Notes: generated from the sequence alone by a model not told the origin. A stretch of 64,000 nt of DNA from Gemmatimonas sp. (GCA_031414535.1 JANNVQ010000043.1:9197-73196), one strand, 5' to 3'; counted from the first letter of the stretch, positions 37,674-47,631 are shown. Made by a program: numbers and translations.

Positions 37674-38845
37674 CGTCGGCCGCTTCTGCGAGCACGCGTG
37701 CCCTCGCTGGACTGCGTCTCGCCCTCTTCACGGATACCTACAGCCCTCAGGTGAACGGCGTCGCCCGTACCTTGGAGCGACTCGTGCACGCGGTGGAAGC
37801 GCGGGGCGGTGTGGTGCGCGTGGAGACCGTTGAAGATCCGGCAGCCGCACCCGCTGCAGGGGAACGACGCTGGTCGAGTGCGCCCTTCTGGGCGTATCCG
37901 CAGTTACGGATTGCAGCGCCCACCAGGAGCGCCGTGCTCGACGGACTGCGTGAGTTCCGTCCGACACTCGTACACGCGGCGACGCCGTTTGGTGTGGGCC
38001 TCGCGGGGCGGAAGGCCGCGCGCGCACTCGGTGTGCCGCTTGTGACGTCGTATCACACCTCGTTCACCGAGTATCTGCGGCACTACAAGCTGAGCGCGCT
38101 CGACGCCGTGGCGTGGCCCTTCCTCCGCTGGTTCCATAACTCAGGCGAGCGGACCTTCGCGCCGTCGCGGATGGTGGCCGATGATCTCAGCGCGCGCGAC
38201 TTCAATGCGGTGCGCGTGTGGGGACGCGGTGTGGATTCGTTGCGATTCCATCCAAGATTTCGCTCCGGCGAGATGCGGGCGGCGATGGGCGCCACTGAGC
38301 GCGATCTCGTGGTGGCCTATGTGGGGCGTCTCGCGCCGGAGAAGGGCATTCACGTCGCGCTCGAAGGGTTGAAGACAGTGGTGTCCGCGGATAGGCGCGT
38401 GCGTGTAGCCATCGCCGGCGATGGTCCGGACGAAGCCCGTTGCCGCGCGATGGCACCAACAGGTACGTGGTTCGCGGGTTCGCTGCGCGGGGAAGCGCTT
38501 TCGCAGTTTTATGCTTCCGCCGATCTCTTCGTGTTTCCGTCCACAACGGAGACCTTCGGAAACGTGGTGCTGGAGGCGATGTCCTCTGGCCTCCCCATAG
38601 TTGCCCCGGATGTTGGTGCCACACTCGAACTCGCGAACGCGCGCACGGCGGAACTCTTCCGTGGCGGTGTTGCGGGATCCTTGGCGGCAGCTGCGCTTCG
38701 ACTGCTCGACGATGCGGCTCGGCGTGAAGCACTCCGCCAAGCCGGGCTTCAAGTTGCCGCCGCGCGCACATGGGACGCAGTCTGGGATGAACTCTTCGCG
38801 CAGTACACCGAGGTGCTCGCCAGCAGCACAGCTCGCGCTGCCTGA
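37670..38845 (+). CDS. GT4-family glycosyltransferase, paralogue of 34933-36090
   Basis: TDTYSPQVNGVA, SYHTSF, WGRGVD, VGRLAPEK, STTETFGNVVLEAM. Confidence 0.85.
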   Translation: MTSAASASTRALAGLRLALFTDTYSPQVNGVARTLERLVHAVEARGGVVRVETVEDPAAAPAAGERRWSSAPFWAYPQLRIAAPTRSAVLDGLREFRPTLVHAATPFGVGLAGRKAARALGVPLVTSYHTSFTEYLRHYKLSALDAVAWPFLRWFHNSGERTFAPSRMVADDLSARDFNAVRVWGRGVDSLRFHPRFRSGEMRAAMGATERDLVVAYVGRLAPEKGIHVALEGLKTVVSADRRVRVAIAGDGPDEARCRAMAPTGTWFAGSLRGEALSQFYASADLFVFPSTTETFGNVVLEAMSSGLPIVAPDVGATLELANARTAELFRGGVAGSLAAAALRLLDDAARREALRQAGLQVAAARTWDAVWDELFAQYTEVLASSTARAA

Positions 38846-38850
38846 TGCTA

Positions 38851-38866
38851 TGTGATGTAAGTCACA
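38851..38866. promoter_or_regulatory. CRP/FNR-family binding site
   Basis: Perfect TGTGA-N6-TCACA (TGTGA TGTAAG TCACA) in an AT-richer intergenic patch. Confidence 0.65.
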
Positions 38867-39004
38867 CAAAACCTGGTGTCTTGTCCCCCATCGAAATCGT
38901 CCCATAGGGTAGCCCACGGCTGGAACCGGCCAGATATTGCGTCGGTGCAGCAGTTGGCAAACCCGCGGAGTCGCCGGCGGGTCTATCCCCCGATGGGAAC
39001 GCGA

Positions 39005-40438
39005 ATGCCTTCTTCACGACAGCTGCTGATCCTGTCCGCGCTTGCTTTGGCGGCCTGCAGCGGGCGAACTGGTTTGTTGCCGCGCACGGCACCTGCTCCG
39101 TCGGCACCCGCGGCCTCGGCCGTGGATGCGGCTGACCCTACGCTGGTGGCGCCGCTGGTCCCGAGTAGCACGGCACCGGCGGACGCCCCCGCAGCGGATG
39201 AAGTTGCTGGCGAAATAGTGGTAGAGCCAGAGGCGGTGCCGAGCTCGCTGCCGCCTGCCTGGGACATTGAAGTGGCCCCCTACGAGTCCCACCAGCGCGT
39301 AGAGTATTTCGTGGGTCGTTTTTCTGGGCCGCTCAAAGCTTCGTTTGAGCTCGCCATGGAACGGCAGAGCCGCTACGCCCCAATGATTCGCGAGCGCCTG
39401 CGGGCCGGCGGATTGCCTGAGGACATGATTTACCTCTCGCTGATCGAGAGCTGGTACGACCCGCACGCGTATTCCATTGCGGCGGCCGTCGGCATGTGGC
39501 AGTTCATGACGACGACGGCGCGCGGCGTCGGCATGCGCGTGGATTGGTGGGTGGATGAGCGTCGTGACCCGGTGCGCTCCACCGAAGGCGCGGTGGCGTA
39601 CTTGAACGAACTGAAGGAAACATTCGGCTCCATCTATCTCGCCTCGGCCGCATACAATGGCGGGCCTGGCCGCATCTCGCGTGGCCTCGTGGAACACGCG
39701 GAGGCTTTGGGCGGAGCCGCGGGCGATGACTTGTTCTTTGCGCTCTCAGACAACACGCGTGCGCTTCGTCCCGAGACGCGTGACTACGTGCCGAAGTTGA
39801 TTGCGGCGGCCTTGGTGGGTAAGGATCCGGCCCGCTACGGCATTGAGGTGCGCTCAGTTCAACCGTGGACCTTCGACAGCGTGCATGTAGACGCGAATGT
39901 GCCCTTCGCGGCCGTGGCCAAGGCCGCCGGCATCCCCGTGGACACACTGCGCGACTACAATCCGCAATATTTGCGCGGCATGACGCCGCCAACCGGTACC
40001 GCGGTGTGGCTACGTGTGCCCGTAGGGAGCGCCGAGCATTTTGCGTCTGCGTTCGAGGCACTGCCCGAAGCAGATCGCGCGGCGACCAAGCGCGTGGTCA
40101 CGCGCGACGGTGACTTCATCACACGCATCGCGCGGGCGCATGGGCTGACTGCCCAGCAGCTCAACTGGTACAACCCACAGGCTACGCGCTTGCGCAACGG
40201 CAACCTGACGGCGGGACAGCGCATCCTCGTCCCGCGTCGCGATGTGGTGGCGGCAGCGCGGGATGTGCCCAATCCTGCTGTCGCACGCTACGGGGCCTCA
40301 GCGCAATACACGGTGCGGCGCGGTGACACGCTGGGCGCAATCGCGCGGCGTCACGGCACGACGGTCGCGCAGATCAAGCGCTGGAACCGGATGCGTAATG
40401 ATGTGATTCGGGCGGGGCAGAGGCTGAGAGTTAGATAG
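39005..40438 (+). CDS. Lytic murein transglycosylase lipoprotein with LysM domains (MltD-like)
   Basis: Lipobox LAAC; LIES, A.GMWQFM, DERRDP, AAYNGG, ETRDYVPK; two LysM repeats. Confidence 0.88.
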   Translation: MPSSRQLLILSALALAACSGRTGLLPRTAPAPSAPAASAVDAADPTLVAPLVPSSTAPADAPAADEVAGEIVVEPEAVPSSLPPAWDIEVAPYESHQRVEYFVGRFSGPLKASFELAMERQSRYAPMIRERLRAGGLPEDMIYLSLIESWYDPHAYSIAAAVGMWQFMTTTARGVGMRVDWWVDERRDPVRSTEGAVAYLNELKETFGSIYLASAAYNGGPGRISRGLVEHAEALGGAAGDDLFFALSDNTRALRPETRDYVPKLIAAALVGKDPARYGIEVRSVQPWTFDSVHVDANVPFAAVAKAAGIPVDTLRDYNPQYLRGMTPPTGTAVWLRVPVGSAEHFASAFEALPEADRAATKRVVTRDGDFITRIARAHGLTAQQLNWYNPQATRLRNGNLTAGQRILVPRRDVVAAARDVPNPAVARYGASAQYTVRRGDTLGAIARRHGTTVAQIKRWNRMRNDVIRAGQRLRVR

Positions 40439-40440
40439 CG

Positions 40441-40461
40441 GACGGATGACGGATGACGGAT
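40441..40461. repeat. Tandem heptamer (GACGGAT)x3 between convergent genes
   Basis: Read directly from the sequence; same unit as the inverted repeat after ffh. Confidence 0.7.
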
Positions 40462-40479
40462 GATAGAAGCAATTGCACG

Positions 40480-40941
40480 CTACGCTTCCTTCCGCTTCTC
40501 CAACAACCGCACGTCGCCGATAATCATGTGCTGGTCCACAGCCTTGGCCATGTCGTAGATGGTCAGTAGCGCCACGCTCACCGCCGTCAGCGCTTCCATT
40601 TCCACGCCGGTCTGGCCGATGGTGCGCACCTCGGCTTCGCAGCGCACGCCAGGTAGCGCGGCGTCGAGCGTGAAGCGCAGTTGCACATCGCTCAGCATGA
40701 GCGGATGACACAGCGGGATGAGGTCGCTCGTCCGCTTGGCGGCCATCACGCCGGCGATGCGCGCGGTGCCGAGAACGTCGCCCTTGGGGAGTTGCGCATC
40801 GCGCACCTTGGCGAAGGCCTCGGCACTCATCGTGATCTGGCCGGCAGCTCTCGCCATCCGCTTCACGCTGGCCTTGGCGCTCACGTCCACCATTGAGGCT
40901 TCGCCGGCGGCGTTCACGTGCGAGAGGGACTTGTCGCTCAT
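40480..40941 (-). CDS. moaC: Cyclic pyranopterin monophosphate synthase
   Basis: [36 protein letters not shown]. Confidence 0.96.
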   Translation of the reverse strand: MSDKSLSHVNAAGEASMVDVSAKASVKRMARAAGQITMSAEAFAKVRDAQLPKGDVLGTARIAGVMAAKRTSDLIPLCHPLMLSDVQLRFTLDAALPGVRCEAEVRTIGQTGVEMEALTAVSVALLTIYDMAKAVDQHMIIGDVRLLEKRKEA

Positions 40942-41999
40942 GGGTTGACTCCAGCGATGGTCTCGAGCAATTCGGCTGTGACGAGTTGTGGATTAGCGTT
41001 GCCGGCGGCGGCCACCTTGGCCTCTTCGATGAACGGCATCACCTTGGCTGCGCGCTGGGCGCCTGCTTCGTCGCCGCGTTCCGCGGCCTGCCGCACGCGC
41101 TCGTGCACCACGATGCTCAGTGCGTCGAGCACGTCGCTGAACTTGCCGCGCGCCTTGGAGGAGCCTGAAGTGAAGGCGGCGCGAAAGCGTTGCTCCGGAC
41201 CGGCGTCCGCTGCCGCCAGCAACTGACGAGCTCGCGTGAGCGCGGCCTGCTGGTCATCGCCGCCGAGCAACTTGCCAGGGGCGCCGCCGGCCATGCGCAG
41301 CAGTTCGGCTTGCTGCACGTTGGGCATCTTCTCGGCGGCGATGGGGTCCGCGAGGAAGGCGCGCATCGCTTCGCTTGAAAGCGGTGCCACTCGCACTTGC
41401 ACCACGCGCGACCGAATGGTCTGGAGCATGGCGTGCGGTTCGCTCGACGTGAGAATGATGAAGGTGTCGGCGGGAGGTTCCTCGAGGAGCTTGAGGAACA
41501 TGTTGGCGGCTTCGGGATTGGCCAATTGCGGCACCATGCGCTCGGCGTCGCCCACGATGATCACCTTGCGCTTGGCCAGCGCAGGGGAGCGCGAGGCGAC
41601 GAATCGCAGGTACTTCGTGTCGCCCTTGTAGATACCGCAGGATCCGTCGGGGCGCGCGTACAGGCCATTGGCCTCCACGCGCTCAGCCACACGAGCGTCC
41701 TGCAGGGGCTTCAAATCGTCGTAATCCCAATCGTTTGAACCCGACACATTCTCGTGCGGGAACACCCAATGCAGGTCAGGATGCTGCAACTCCAGCACGT
41801 AGCGGCAGTGCTGACAGCGGCCGCAGGGCTTGTGCTCCTCTTGGCAGAGCAGGCGCTGCGCAATCCAAATTGCGAGCCGCTGTTTGCCCACACCCGAGGG
41901 GCCGTGCAAGAGGAGCGAGGCGGGCAGGCCGGCCCGATCGATCTGCCAGGCGAACTGTTCGCGAAGGGCCTCGTGGCCATAGAGCGGGAGAATTGGCAC
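40938..41999 (-). CDS. holB: DNA polymerase III delta-prime subunit
   Basis: [38 protein letters not shown]. Confidence 0.88.
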   Translation of the reverse strand: MPILPLYGHEALREQFAWQIDRAGLPASLLLHGPSGVGKQRLAIWIAQRLLCQEEHKPCGRCQHCRYVLELQHPDLHWVFPHENVSGSNDWDYDDLKPLQDARVAERVEANGLYARPDGSCGIYKGDTKYLRFVASRSPALAKRKVIIVGDAERMVPQLANPEAANMFLKLLEEPPADTFIILTSSEPHAMLQTIRSRVVQVRVAPLSSEAMRAFLADPIAAEKMPNVQQAELLRMAGGAPGKLLGGDDQQAALTRARQLLAAADAGPEQRFRAAFTSGSSKARGKFSDVLDALSIVVHERVRQAAERGDEAGAQRAAKVMPFIEEAKVAAAGNANPQLVTAELLETIAGVNP

Positions 42000-42069
42000 A
42001 CAAGAAATCTAGTGGCCATGCCGCACACTCGCCCTGCTACGCGCCGAGTGACGCCAGCTAGCAGCACTC

Positions 42070-43215
42070 TTACTTCCGCAGCGCCTCGTAGGCTTGGCAC
42101 ACGCGGTCGAGGGCCTCTTTGGCCGTCGCTCCGTCGGCGGAAAGGTGTCCCATCTTGCGGCCGGGACGCGCCTGCTTCTTTCCGTAGAGGTGCACGCGGA
42201 CGCCGGGAATCGCCAGCGCCTTGGTCACGTCGGGGGCGCCGCCCTCCCAGAGATCACCCAACAAATTGTGAATCGCCGCGGGCCGGACGATTTCCACGCT
42301 GCCCAGCGGCAGATGGCAGACGGCGCGCACCAACTGTTCAAACTGGCTGGTGGGATGGGCGCGCTCCGAATGGTGATACGTATTGTGCGGACGCGGCGCC
42401 AACTCGTTCACAAGCAACTGTCCGTTGCCGAGGATGAACATCTCCACGGCCAGCAGTCCAACGATGCCGAGCTCCGTGGCAATTGCCAACGCGAGCTTCT
42501 CCGCGCCGGCGCTCATCTCGTCGCTCACCCCGGCGGGCGTGACGGCCCAAGTGAGCACGCCGTCGGTGTGATGGTTGCGCGACGGTGGATAAGCGACGCT
42601 CACCCCATCGGCGCGACGTGCAACGAGCACGGAGATTTCCGTGTGAATGTCGAGGAAGGCTTCCACTACGCACACCGGAGCCTTCAATGACTCAAAAGCC
42701 GCGCTCCCTGCGCCTGCGGTCTTCACGCGCACTTGTCCGCGGCCGTCGTAGCCGCCCATCGCGCTCTTCACGATGCTCGGACCAAGCGCGGCCACGGCTT
42801 GGGCGGCTTCGTTGGCGTTGGTCACCGTGCGGAAGTCGCCAAGTGGGAAGTGGTGCCGAGCGAGCCATTGCTTCTGACGCGCACGTTCTTGGATGGTGAA
42901 CACCGCTTCCACGCCCGGGTGTAAGGGCGCCACGCTCGCCACGGCCTCGAGCGAGTGCCGCGGGATCTGCTCGATTTCGAGAGTGACGGCCGCGCACCCC
43001 TGAGCAAGTTCCGCCGCCGCCGCCGCGTCCGACCACGGGGCCGTGATGGTGTACGTAGACACACCGCGGGCAGGGCAGTCCTGTTCCGGATCTAACACGC
43101 GCACCTCGTATCCGAGCGTGCGGGCGGCCATCGCGGTCATTCGGCCGAGCTGGCCACCACCGAGGAAACCGAGTGTGGACCCGGCGGGCACTGGGGCGCG
43201 TGACGCGCCGGTCAC
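42070..43215 (-). CDS. purK: N5-carboxyaminoimidazole ribonucleotide synthase
   Basis: [36 protein letters not shown]. Confidence 0.95.
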   Translation of the reverse strand: MTGASRAPVPAGSTLGFLGGGQLGRMTAMAARTLGYEVRVLDPEQDCPARGVSTYTITAPWSDAAAAAELAQGCAAVTLEIEQIPRHSLEAVASVAPLHPGVEAVFTIQERARQKQWLARHHFPLGDFRTVTNANEAAQAVAALGPSIVKSAMGGYDGRGQVRVKTAGAGSAAFESLKAPVCVVEAFLDIHTEISVLVARRADGVSVAYPPSRNHHTDGVLTWAVTPAGVSDEMSAGAEKLALAIATELGIVGLLAVEMFILGNGQLLVNELAPRPHNTYHHSERAHPTSQFEQLVRAVCHLPLGSVEIVRPAAIHNLLGDLWEGGAPDVTKALAIPGVRVHLYGKKQARPGRKMGHLSADGATAKEALDRVCQAYEALRK

Positions 43216-43697
43216 GGCAGGGTTTGCGCGCGGACGTCCGCGGCACGCGACTCACGCCAAGCCCTGAGCTTGGCGCGAATTTCTGGCTGGTGCGTGCCAA
43301 TGATCTCAGCGGCGAGAATCGCCGCGTTGGTGGCTCCAGGCTTTCCGATGGCCAAGGTGCCCACGGGGACGCCAGCGGGCATCTGCACGATGCTGAGCAG
43401 GGCATCCAAGCCATTGAGCCCAGTGGCGGCAACGGGCACTCCAAGCACCGGCACGAGTGTCTTCGCCGCGACCATTCCCGGCAAGTGCGCCGCCCCGCCT
43501 GCCGCGGCGATGATCACCATCAAGCCGCGTCCTTCTGCCTCTTCCGCGTAGCGGAACATGTCGTCGGGCGTGCGGTGGGCGGACACGACCTTGGCTTCGA
43601 AGGGAATGCCGAGGTGGGTGAGAAACTCGCAGGCCGGAGCAAGATGCTCGTAGTCCGACTTGGAGCCCATGATGACGCCAACGAGGGGTGCGGTCAT
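43212..43697 (-). CDS. purE: N5-CAIR mutase
   Basis: [33 protein letters not shown]. Confidence 0.96.
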   Translation of the reverse strand: MTAPLVGVIMGSKSDYEHLAPACEFLTHLGIPFEAKVVSAHRTPDDMFRYAEEAEGRGLMVIIAAAGGAAHLPGMVAAKTLVPVLGVPVAATGLNGLDALLSIVQMPAGVPVGTLAIGKPGATNAAILAAEIIGTHQPEIRAKLRAWRESRAADVRAQTLP

Positions 43698-44206
43698 AGC
43701 GGAAATGTAATCTTCAAGAGGGCGCGAAGCGTGTTCAAATTGCGGCCAGTACCAAGGTCCGTGAACGGGACTTTCAGTTTGGATTGTCCCATGCCATCGG
43801 GAAAATGGATGTAGACCTCGCGGCGTCCGGCCGCCAAACGCTCGCCGCCGAGTGGCTTCACGCTCGCGAGAATCTTTTTATCTGGTGCGCTCTCCAAGAA
43901 CAGCACCATCACCTTGGCTGGCTCCGCGTTTTGAAACGGGTTCGCCGCTTCAATCTCTTGGAGTTCCTCGGCGCTGCGGAGCAACACCGTGCACGGCTTC
44001 CCGAGGTGCTTCAACAGCGCGGCCTCGAGCGCTGATTTCACGACGGGCGCGGACTTCCGGCTCTCGAATACGAGGTTGCCCGACTGGATGTAGGTCCGCA
44101 CCTCGGTGAAGCCGAGCGCAGTTGCCATGTCACGAAGCTCAGCCATCGGCAACTTGCCGGTGCCGCCGACGTTTACCGCGCGAATCAGTGCGATGTATTG
44201 GGCCAT
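43694..44206 (-). CDS. DUF1697-family protein
   Basis: YIALIRAVNVGG, VRTYIQSGNLVF, GTGRNLNT. Confidence 0.88.
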   Translation of the reverse strand: MAQYIALIRAVNVGGTGKLPMAELRDMATALGFTEVRTYIQSGNLVFESRKSAPVVKSALEAALLKHLGKPCTVLLRSAEELQEIEAANPFQNAEPAKVMVLFLESAPDKKILASVKPLGGERLAAGRREVYIHFPDGMGQSKLKVPFTDLGTGRNLNTLRALLKITFPL

Positions 44207-44212
44207 ATGGCC

Positions 44213-44959
44213 CTATCTTCGCACGCGTGCCATGCCGCCGTCCACTGCGATGACCTGACCGGTAACCCAATCGGAGGCCGGATCAAGCAACCATCGGGCC
44301 GCCGGTACCAGATCTTCTGGCCGTCCAATGCGGCCAAGTGGGTGCATGCTCACGGACATCTCCAGCGACTTCGCGTTGCCCGTAATGCGCGAGGCCAGAG
44401 GCGTATCTACGAGGCCCGGAGCAAGGGCATTCACACGCAGCCGACGTGTGGCGTAGGTCGCCGCGGCGCTGCGCACTAACCCACCCACGGCGCCCTTGGC
44501 GGCGGCGATGGCTTCGTGATTGGGCAGGCCAACCTCCGACGCCGAGCTCGCGAACAAGAGGACGCTCCCGCCATCCGTCATGACCTTCCCAGCGGCGCGA
44601 ATGGCGGCGAAGGCTGTCTGCACATTGAGCCGAAGGGTTTCGGCGAGCTCGGCCTCGCTCGTGAGGTGCGCGGGCTTGAGCAGAATTGAACCCACTGCGT
44701 TCACGATGCCGGCCACGCGGCCGTACTCAGCCGCGGCCTGCGCCACGAGCGCCTCGACGGCGGCAAAGTCGGAGGCTTCCACGACCTTTGCGCTGGCGTT
44801 GAGTTCATCCGCCAGAGGCTGCAGGCGCTCCAGCGAACGTCCAGCGAGAATGAGCCGTGCGCCGTCGGCGGCGAGGTTGCGGCCAATGGCGGAGCCGATG
44901 CCGCCGCTGGCGCCGATGACGATGTAGACGCCAGCCGAGGAAAGTTCGCGGGTGATCAT
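44213..44959 (-). CDS. Short-chain dehydrogenase/reductase with atypical active site
   Basis: GASGGIG, RVNALAPG, HPLGRIG, VTGQVIAVDGG; HEAIAAAK in place of YxxxK. Confidence 0.88.
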   Translation of the reverse strand: MITRELSSAGVYIVIGASGGIGSAIGRNLAADGARLILAGRSLERLQPLADELNASAKVVEASDFAAVEALVAQAAAEYGRVAGIVNAVGSILLKPAHLTSEAELAETLRLNVQTAFAAIRAAGKVMTDGGSVLLFASSASEVGLPNHEAIAAAKGAVGGLVRSAAATYATRRLRVNALAPGLVDTPLASRITGNAKSLEMSVSMHPLGRIGRPEDLVPAARWLLDPASDWVTGQVIAVDGGMARVRR

Positions 44960-45028
44960 ACGGGGGGAACGACTCGCGCGCGCCTAGGGTTCCGAGTCCG
45001 TGAACGAAAATGCGAGGCCTGGACGAGC

Positions 45029-45064
45029 AAAACGCCCCGAGGCGCAAAAGCGACCCGGGGCGTT
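45029..45064 (-). terminator. Intrinsic terminator downstream of the tRNA-Asn 3' fragment
   Basis: AACGCCCCG...CGGGGCGTT stem with a short T run on the minus strand. Confidence 0.65.
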
Positions 45065-45071
45065 CTGTGAG

Positions 45072-45113
45072 CTCCGACGACAGGACTCGAACCTGTGACC
45101 CGGTGATTAACAG
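45072..45113 (-). pseudogene. 3' half of tRNA-Asn (GUU), marking the prophage attachment junction
   Basis: Minus strand CTGTTAA-TCACC-GGGTC-ACAGG-TTCGAGT-CCTGT-CGTCGGA-G. The 5' anticodon stem, D arm and 5' acceptor strand are absent, and phage-like genes start just beyond. Confidence 0.88.
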
Positions 45114-45198
45114 GGAATCCTCTTCCCCTCTGGGGAGCGGATTCTCCTCTGTCGAGTCTCGCCACGGCGAACCGAACCGCGCCCGAATCGGACACAGT

Positions 45199-45220
45199 CG
45201 TGCTACAGCGCGTGCTACAG
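45199..45220. repeat. CGTGCTACAG direct repeat, candidate integrase arm-type sites
   Basis: Perfect 10-mers at 45199 and 45211, about 85 bp from the att core. Confidence 0.55.
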
Positions 45221-45236
45221 GGCTGGCGGTGCGTTC

Positions 45237-45941
45237 ATGAGCCACGATCTCACGCACGAACAGGTCGTCGGTGCGCCGAAGGTGCGCTCGTCTTCCAAGC
45301 TCGCGGCCATCAACGCCATTGCGGCGATGGCCAACGAGACCCCGCGCCCGACGCCGCGCCTGGCGCTCCATGTGTCAGAGCTTCGCGATGCGATCGCCGA
45401 TGGCGAGAACACTGGCGCGCTGACTCCGGCGCAGGTGCAGAGCCTGACCGCCACGTTGGAGGCGCTGGAGCGTGCGCATCCGGGAGCGACCCTCTTGCCG
45501 CTCGATGCGGCAGAGCGTCCGGATCTGGAGCAGGCGGCGACGGCGTACCTCGAACGGCAGCGCGCCGGGTTGCTGGAGCGAGGAGATAGCGCGACTTGGC
45601 CGGTGTGTGCGCCCGGCCCCTGCGCCGCTGGGCCCTTTGGCCTGGTGCTGCCGAACACGGTGCCGTCTCGCGCGGATGCCGAGGCATTGCTCGCGCAGCT
45701 CGTGAGCACCCACGGCCTCCGTGAGCTGACGTCTCGCGAGCGGGAAGCGTTGCGGTCGTTGCGCCGGCAGGGCATTCGACAGCCGAGCGCGCCGGAAGAG
45801 TTCGTGGCGATCGCCAAGGCGACGCTGCGGCGACGCTCAAAGGCGGCGAAACGGGCGCGCCATGCCCAACGGATGATGGAAGGCAACCGTGCGGCCGCCG
45901 AGCGGTTGGCGAACGTCGACGGCGCGGAGGTCGCATGCTGA
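45237..45941 (+). CDS. Phage hypothetical protein
   Basis: 234-aa ORF, first of a coupled series. Confidence 0.6.
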   Translation: MSHDLTHEQVVGAPKVRSSSKLAAINAIAAMANETPRPTPRLALHVSELRDAIADGENTGALTPAQVQSLTATLEALERAHPGATLLPLDAAERPDLEQAATAYLERQRAGLLERGDSATWPVCAPGPCAAGPFGLVLPNTVPSRADAEALLAQLVSTHGLRELTSREREALRSLRRQGIRQPSAPEEFVAIAKATLRRRSKAAKRARHAQRMMEGNRAAAERLANVDGAEVAC

Positions 45942-46219
45942 GCACGCTGGTCGACGCCCTCACGCGTGTGCCGTGGTGGGCCATTCTGCTGGTGGTGGTG
46001 GTGATCAATCTGGCCGCCGCCTTCTGCTTCATCTGGTGGCTCCTCGAGGAGCCGGCGGAGACCGGGCTGCGCTACTGGTTGTGGCTGATCGTCTGGGCGG
46101 GCTGCGCGGCCGTGCTCAGGGCGCTCACCGTCGCGGCGGTCCTCCTCGTGCATCTCATCGAGCGTGGCGCGTGGACCGCGGTGGAGTCCCAGTCGGCGCC
46201 CGCCCGGAGGGTGCCATGA
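45935..46219 (+). CDS. Phage small membrane protein
   Basis: GGAGG RBS; two hydrophobic segments. Confidence 0.65.
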   Translation: MLSTLVDALTRVPWWAILLVVVVINLAAAFCFIWWLLEEPAETGLRYWLWLIVWAGCAAVLRALTVAAVLLVHLIERGAWTAVESQSAPARRVP

Positions 46220-46500
46220 TGCGTGCGCACCTGTGGGACCTGGTCACGGCGGTGGTGATGGCCGTCGTGCTCGCCGTGACGGTGACGGTCGGTGGCGTGC
46301 TCACGATCGTCGCGGGCATCAGCGCGGCGCTGTTCGCGCTATCCCTGCGGACGCTCGGCGCCGCGGTGCTGACGTCGATGCAGCCGCAGACACGGCACGA
46401 GAAGCGTGTCGTGCAGCGGATCCATCAGGACATCCGGCACCGCATGGCACAACTGCAGGTGCAGCAGGCGTCGGATTCTCACGCGGGCGGTGGCGCATGA
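46216..46500 (+). CDS. Phage small membrane protein
   Basis: GGAGG RBS, ATGA overlap; MMRAHLWDLV then two hydrophobic segments. Confidence 0.65.
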   Translation: MMRAHLWDLVTAVVMAVVLAVTVTVGGVLTIVAGISAALFALSLRTLGAAVLTSMQPQTRHEKRVVQRIHQDIRHRMAQLQVQQASDSHAGGGA

Positions 46501-46847
46501 GCCCGGTGCAACGCATGATCGTCCCGTCCTCCAACCCCTGCAGCACGTGCGGCACGCCGATGCTCGTGACGCAGGATGCGATTGGTCGGCCGCGCGAGCG
46601 GTGCCCGCAGTGCCAGGGCGTGGTGCGGGAGCCGATGGAAGCGGGCGTGGTCGGGCCGCTCCACCGGCAGACCGCCACGTGCAAGGCGGAGCTCGCGTGG
46701 GAGCTGCGCGGGTCCGTGGCGACCCCGCGGCCCGTGCGCCACTGCCTGGACTGCGGCACCGGCCTCCCGGCGCAAACCCTCGGCCGCCCGCGGCAGCGCT
46801 GCGCGGACCGGGACTCCTGCCAGCAGCGGCAGCGGCGGCGCGCATGA
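46497..46847 (+). CDS. Phage zinc-finger protein
   Basis: ATGA overlap; CSTC, CPQC, CLDC, C....SC. Confidence 0.65.
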   Translation: MSPVQRMIVPSSNPCSTCGTPMLVTQDAIGRPRERCPQCQGVVREPMEAGVVGPLHRQTATCKAELAWELRGSVATPRPVRHCLDCGTGLPAQTLGRPRQRCADRDSCQQRQRRRA

Positions 46848-47458
46848 GTGGTCGCGACGCGGCTCGCGTCTTCAACGGGGCGACGTCACGGGCGATCGCG
46901 CACGCGGTGCGCGCGGCGATTGCCCGGCATGGGACACCCGCGCAGGCGATGGCCACCTGCCCGGACTGCAGTGGTCCGCTCACGTTCTCGCGTGAGCCGC
47001 TGACGGGGCACACCCTCGAGCGCTGCGCCGAGTGCGGGCGCTCGGTACCGGTGGTCCGGCTCCCGGCAGCCGTGCTCGAGGAGCACCCGATCCCGATGGC
47101 GCCGAACGCCAGGCAATGCGAGCGGTGCGGTGCGGAGCTGCCGGAGGGCAAGGTCGGCATGCGGCGTGCCCGCTTCTGCCGCGCGCGGCGCGCCTGCATC
47201 AAGGCGAGCCAAGGCCGGGCGCTCACGCCGGCCGCGCCCGCGCTGACGGATGACATGGTGCTCGAGAAGTTGCCGCCCCATCACCAAGAGGCGCGGCGGC
47301 TGCGCGACGTGGCCGCCGAGCTCACGGAGTTCTCGACGGAGCAGGTCCGGCGGAAGCTGGTGCGCCTGGTGCATCGCGGGCGTGTGCGCACGACCGTCCA
47401 TCCGCATCGGCGGGTGCAGGGTGGTCGCAATCCGCTGCGCTACTGGAGGGCGGCGTGA
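46844..47458 (+). CDS. Phage protein with zinc ribbons and C-terminal winged-HTH-like segment
   Basis: CPDC, CAEC, CERC, FC...C; LRDVAAEL....EQVRRKLVRLVHRGRV. Confidence 0.65.
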   Translation: MSGRDAARVFNGATSRAIAHAVRAAIARHGTPAQAMATCPDCSGPLTFSREPLTGHTLERCAECGRSVPVVRLPAAVLEEHPIPMAPNARQCERCGAELPEGKVGMRRARFCRARRACIKASQGRALTPAAPALTDDMVLEKLPPHHQEARRLRDVAAELTEFSTEQVRRKLVRLVHRGRVRTTVHPHRRVQGGRNPLRYWRAA

Positions 47459-47631
47459 GAGCAACGACAACGATTCCCGTGAGCGTCGAGCGCATCACCG
47501 AACTGAGCAATCGCATGCTCGAGCGGAACGGCTACGTGTTCGAACAGAGCGACGGGTGCCGCCCGCTCACGGTGAAGGATCTGGCCGAAGAGTACGCGCA
47601 ATCGCTCGCGCCTCAGCCCCCACGCCCATGA
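47455..47631 (+). CDS. Phage small hypothetical protein (58 aa)
   Basis: GGAGG then GTGA overlap; ...SVERITELSNRMLERNGYVFEQSDG...; below the ORF-track cutoff. Confidence 0.45.
   Translation: MRATTTIPVSVERITELSNRMLERNGYVFEQSDGCRPLTVKDLAEEYAQSLAPQPPRP

Noticed and set aside
45072..45150. Intact or intron-containing tRNA-Asn
   Set aside because: No 5' half is present nearby, and phage genes follow immediately, which fits an att remnant
45935..46500. Holin/lysis cassette
   Set aside because: Two small membrane proteins are present, but no endolysin or spanin is adjacent and the position is in the early region
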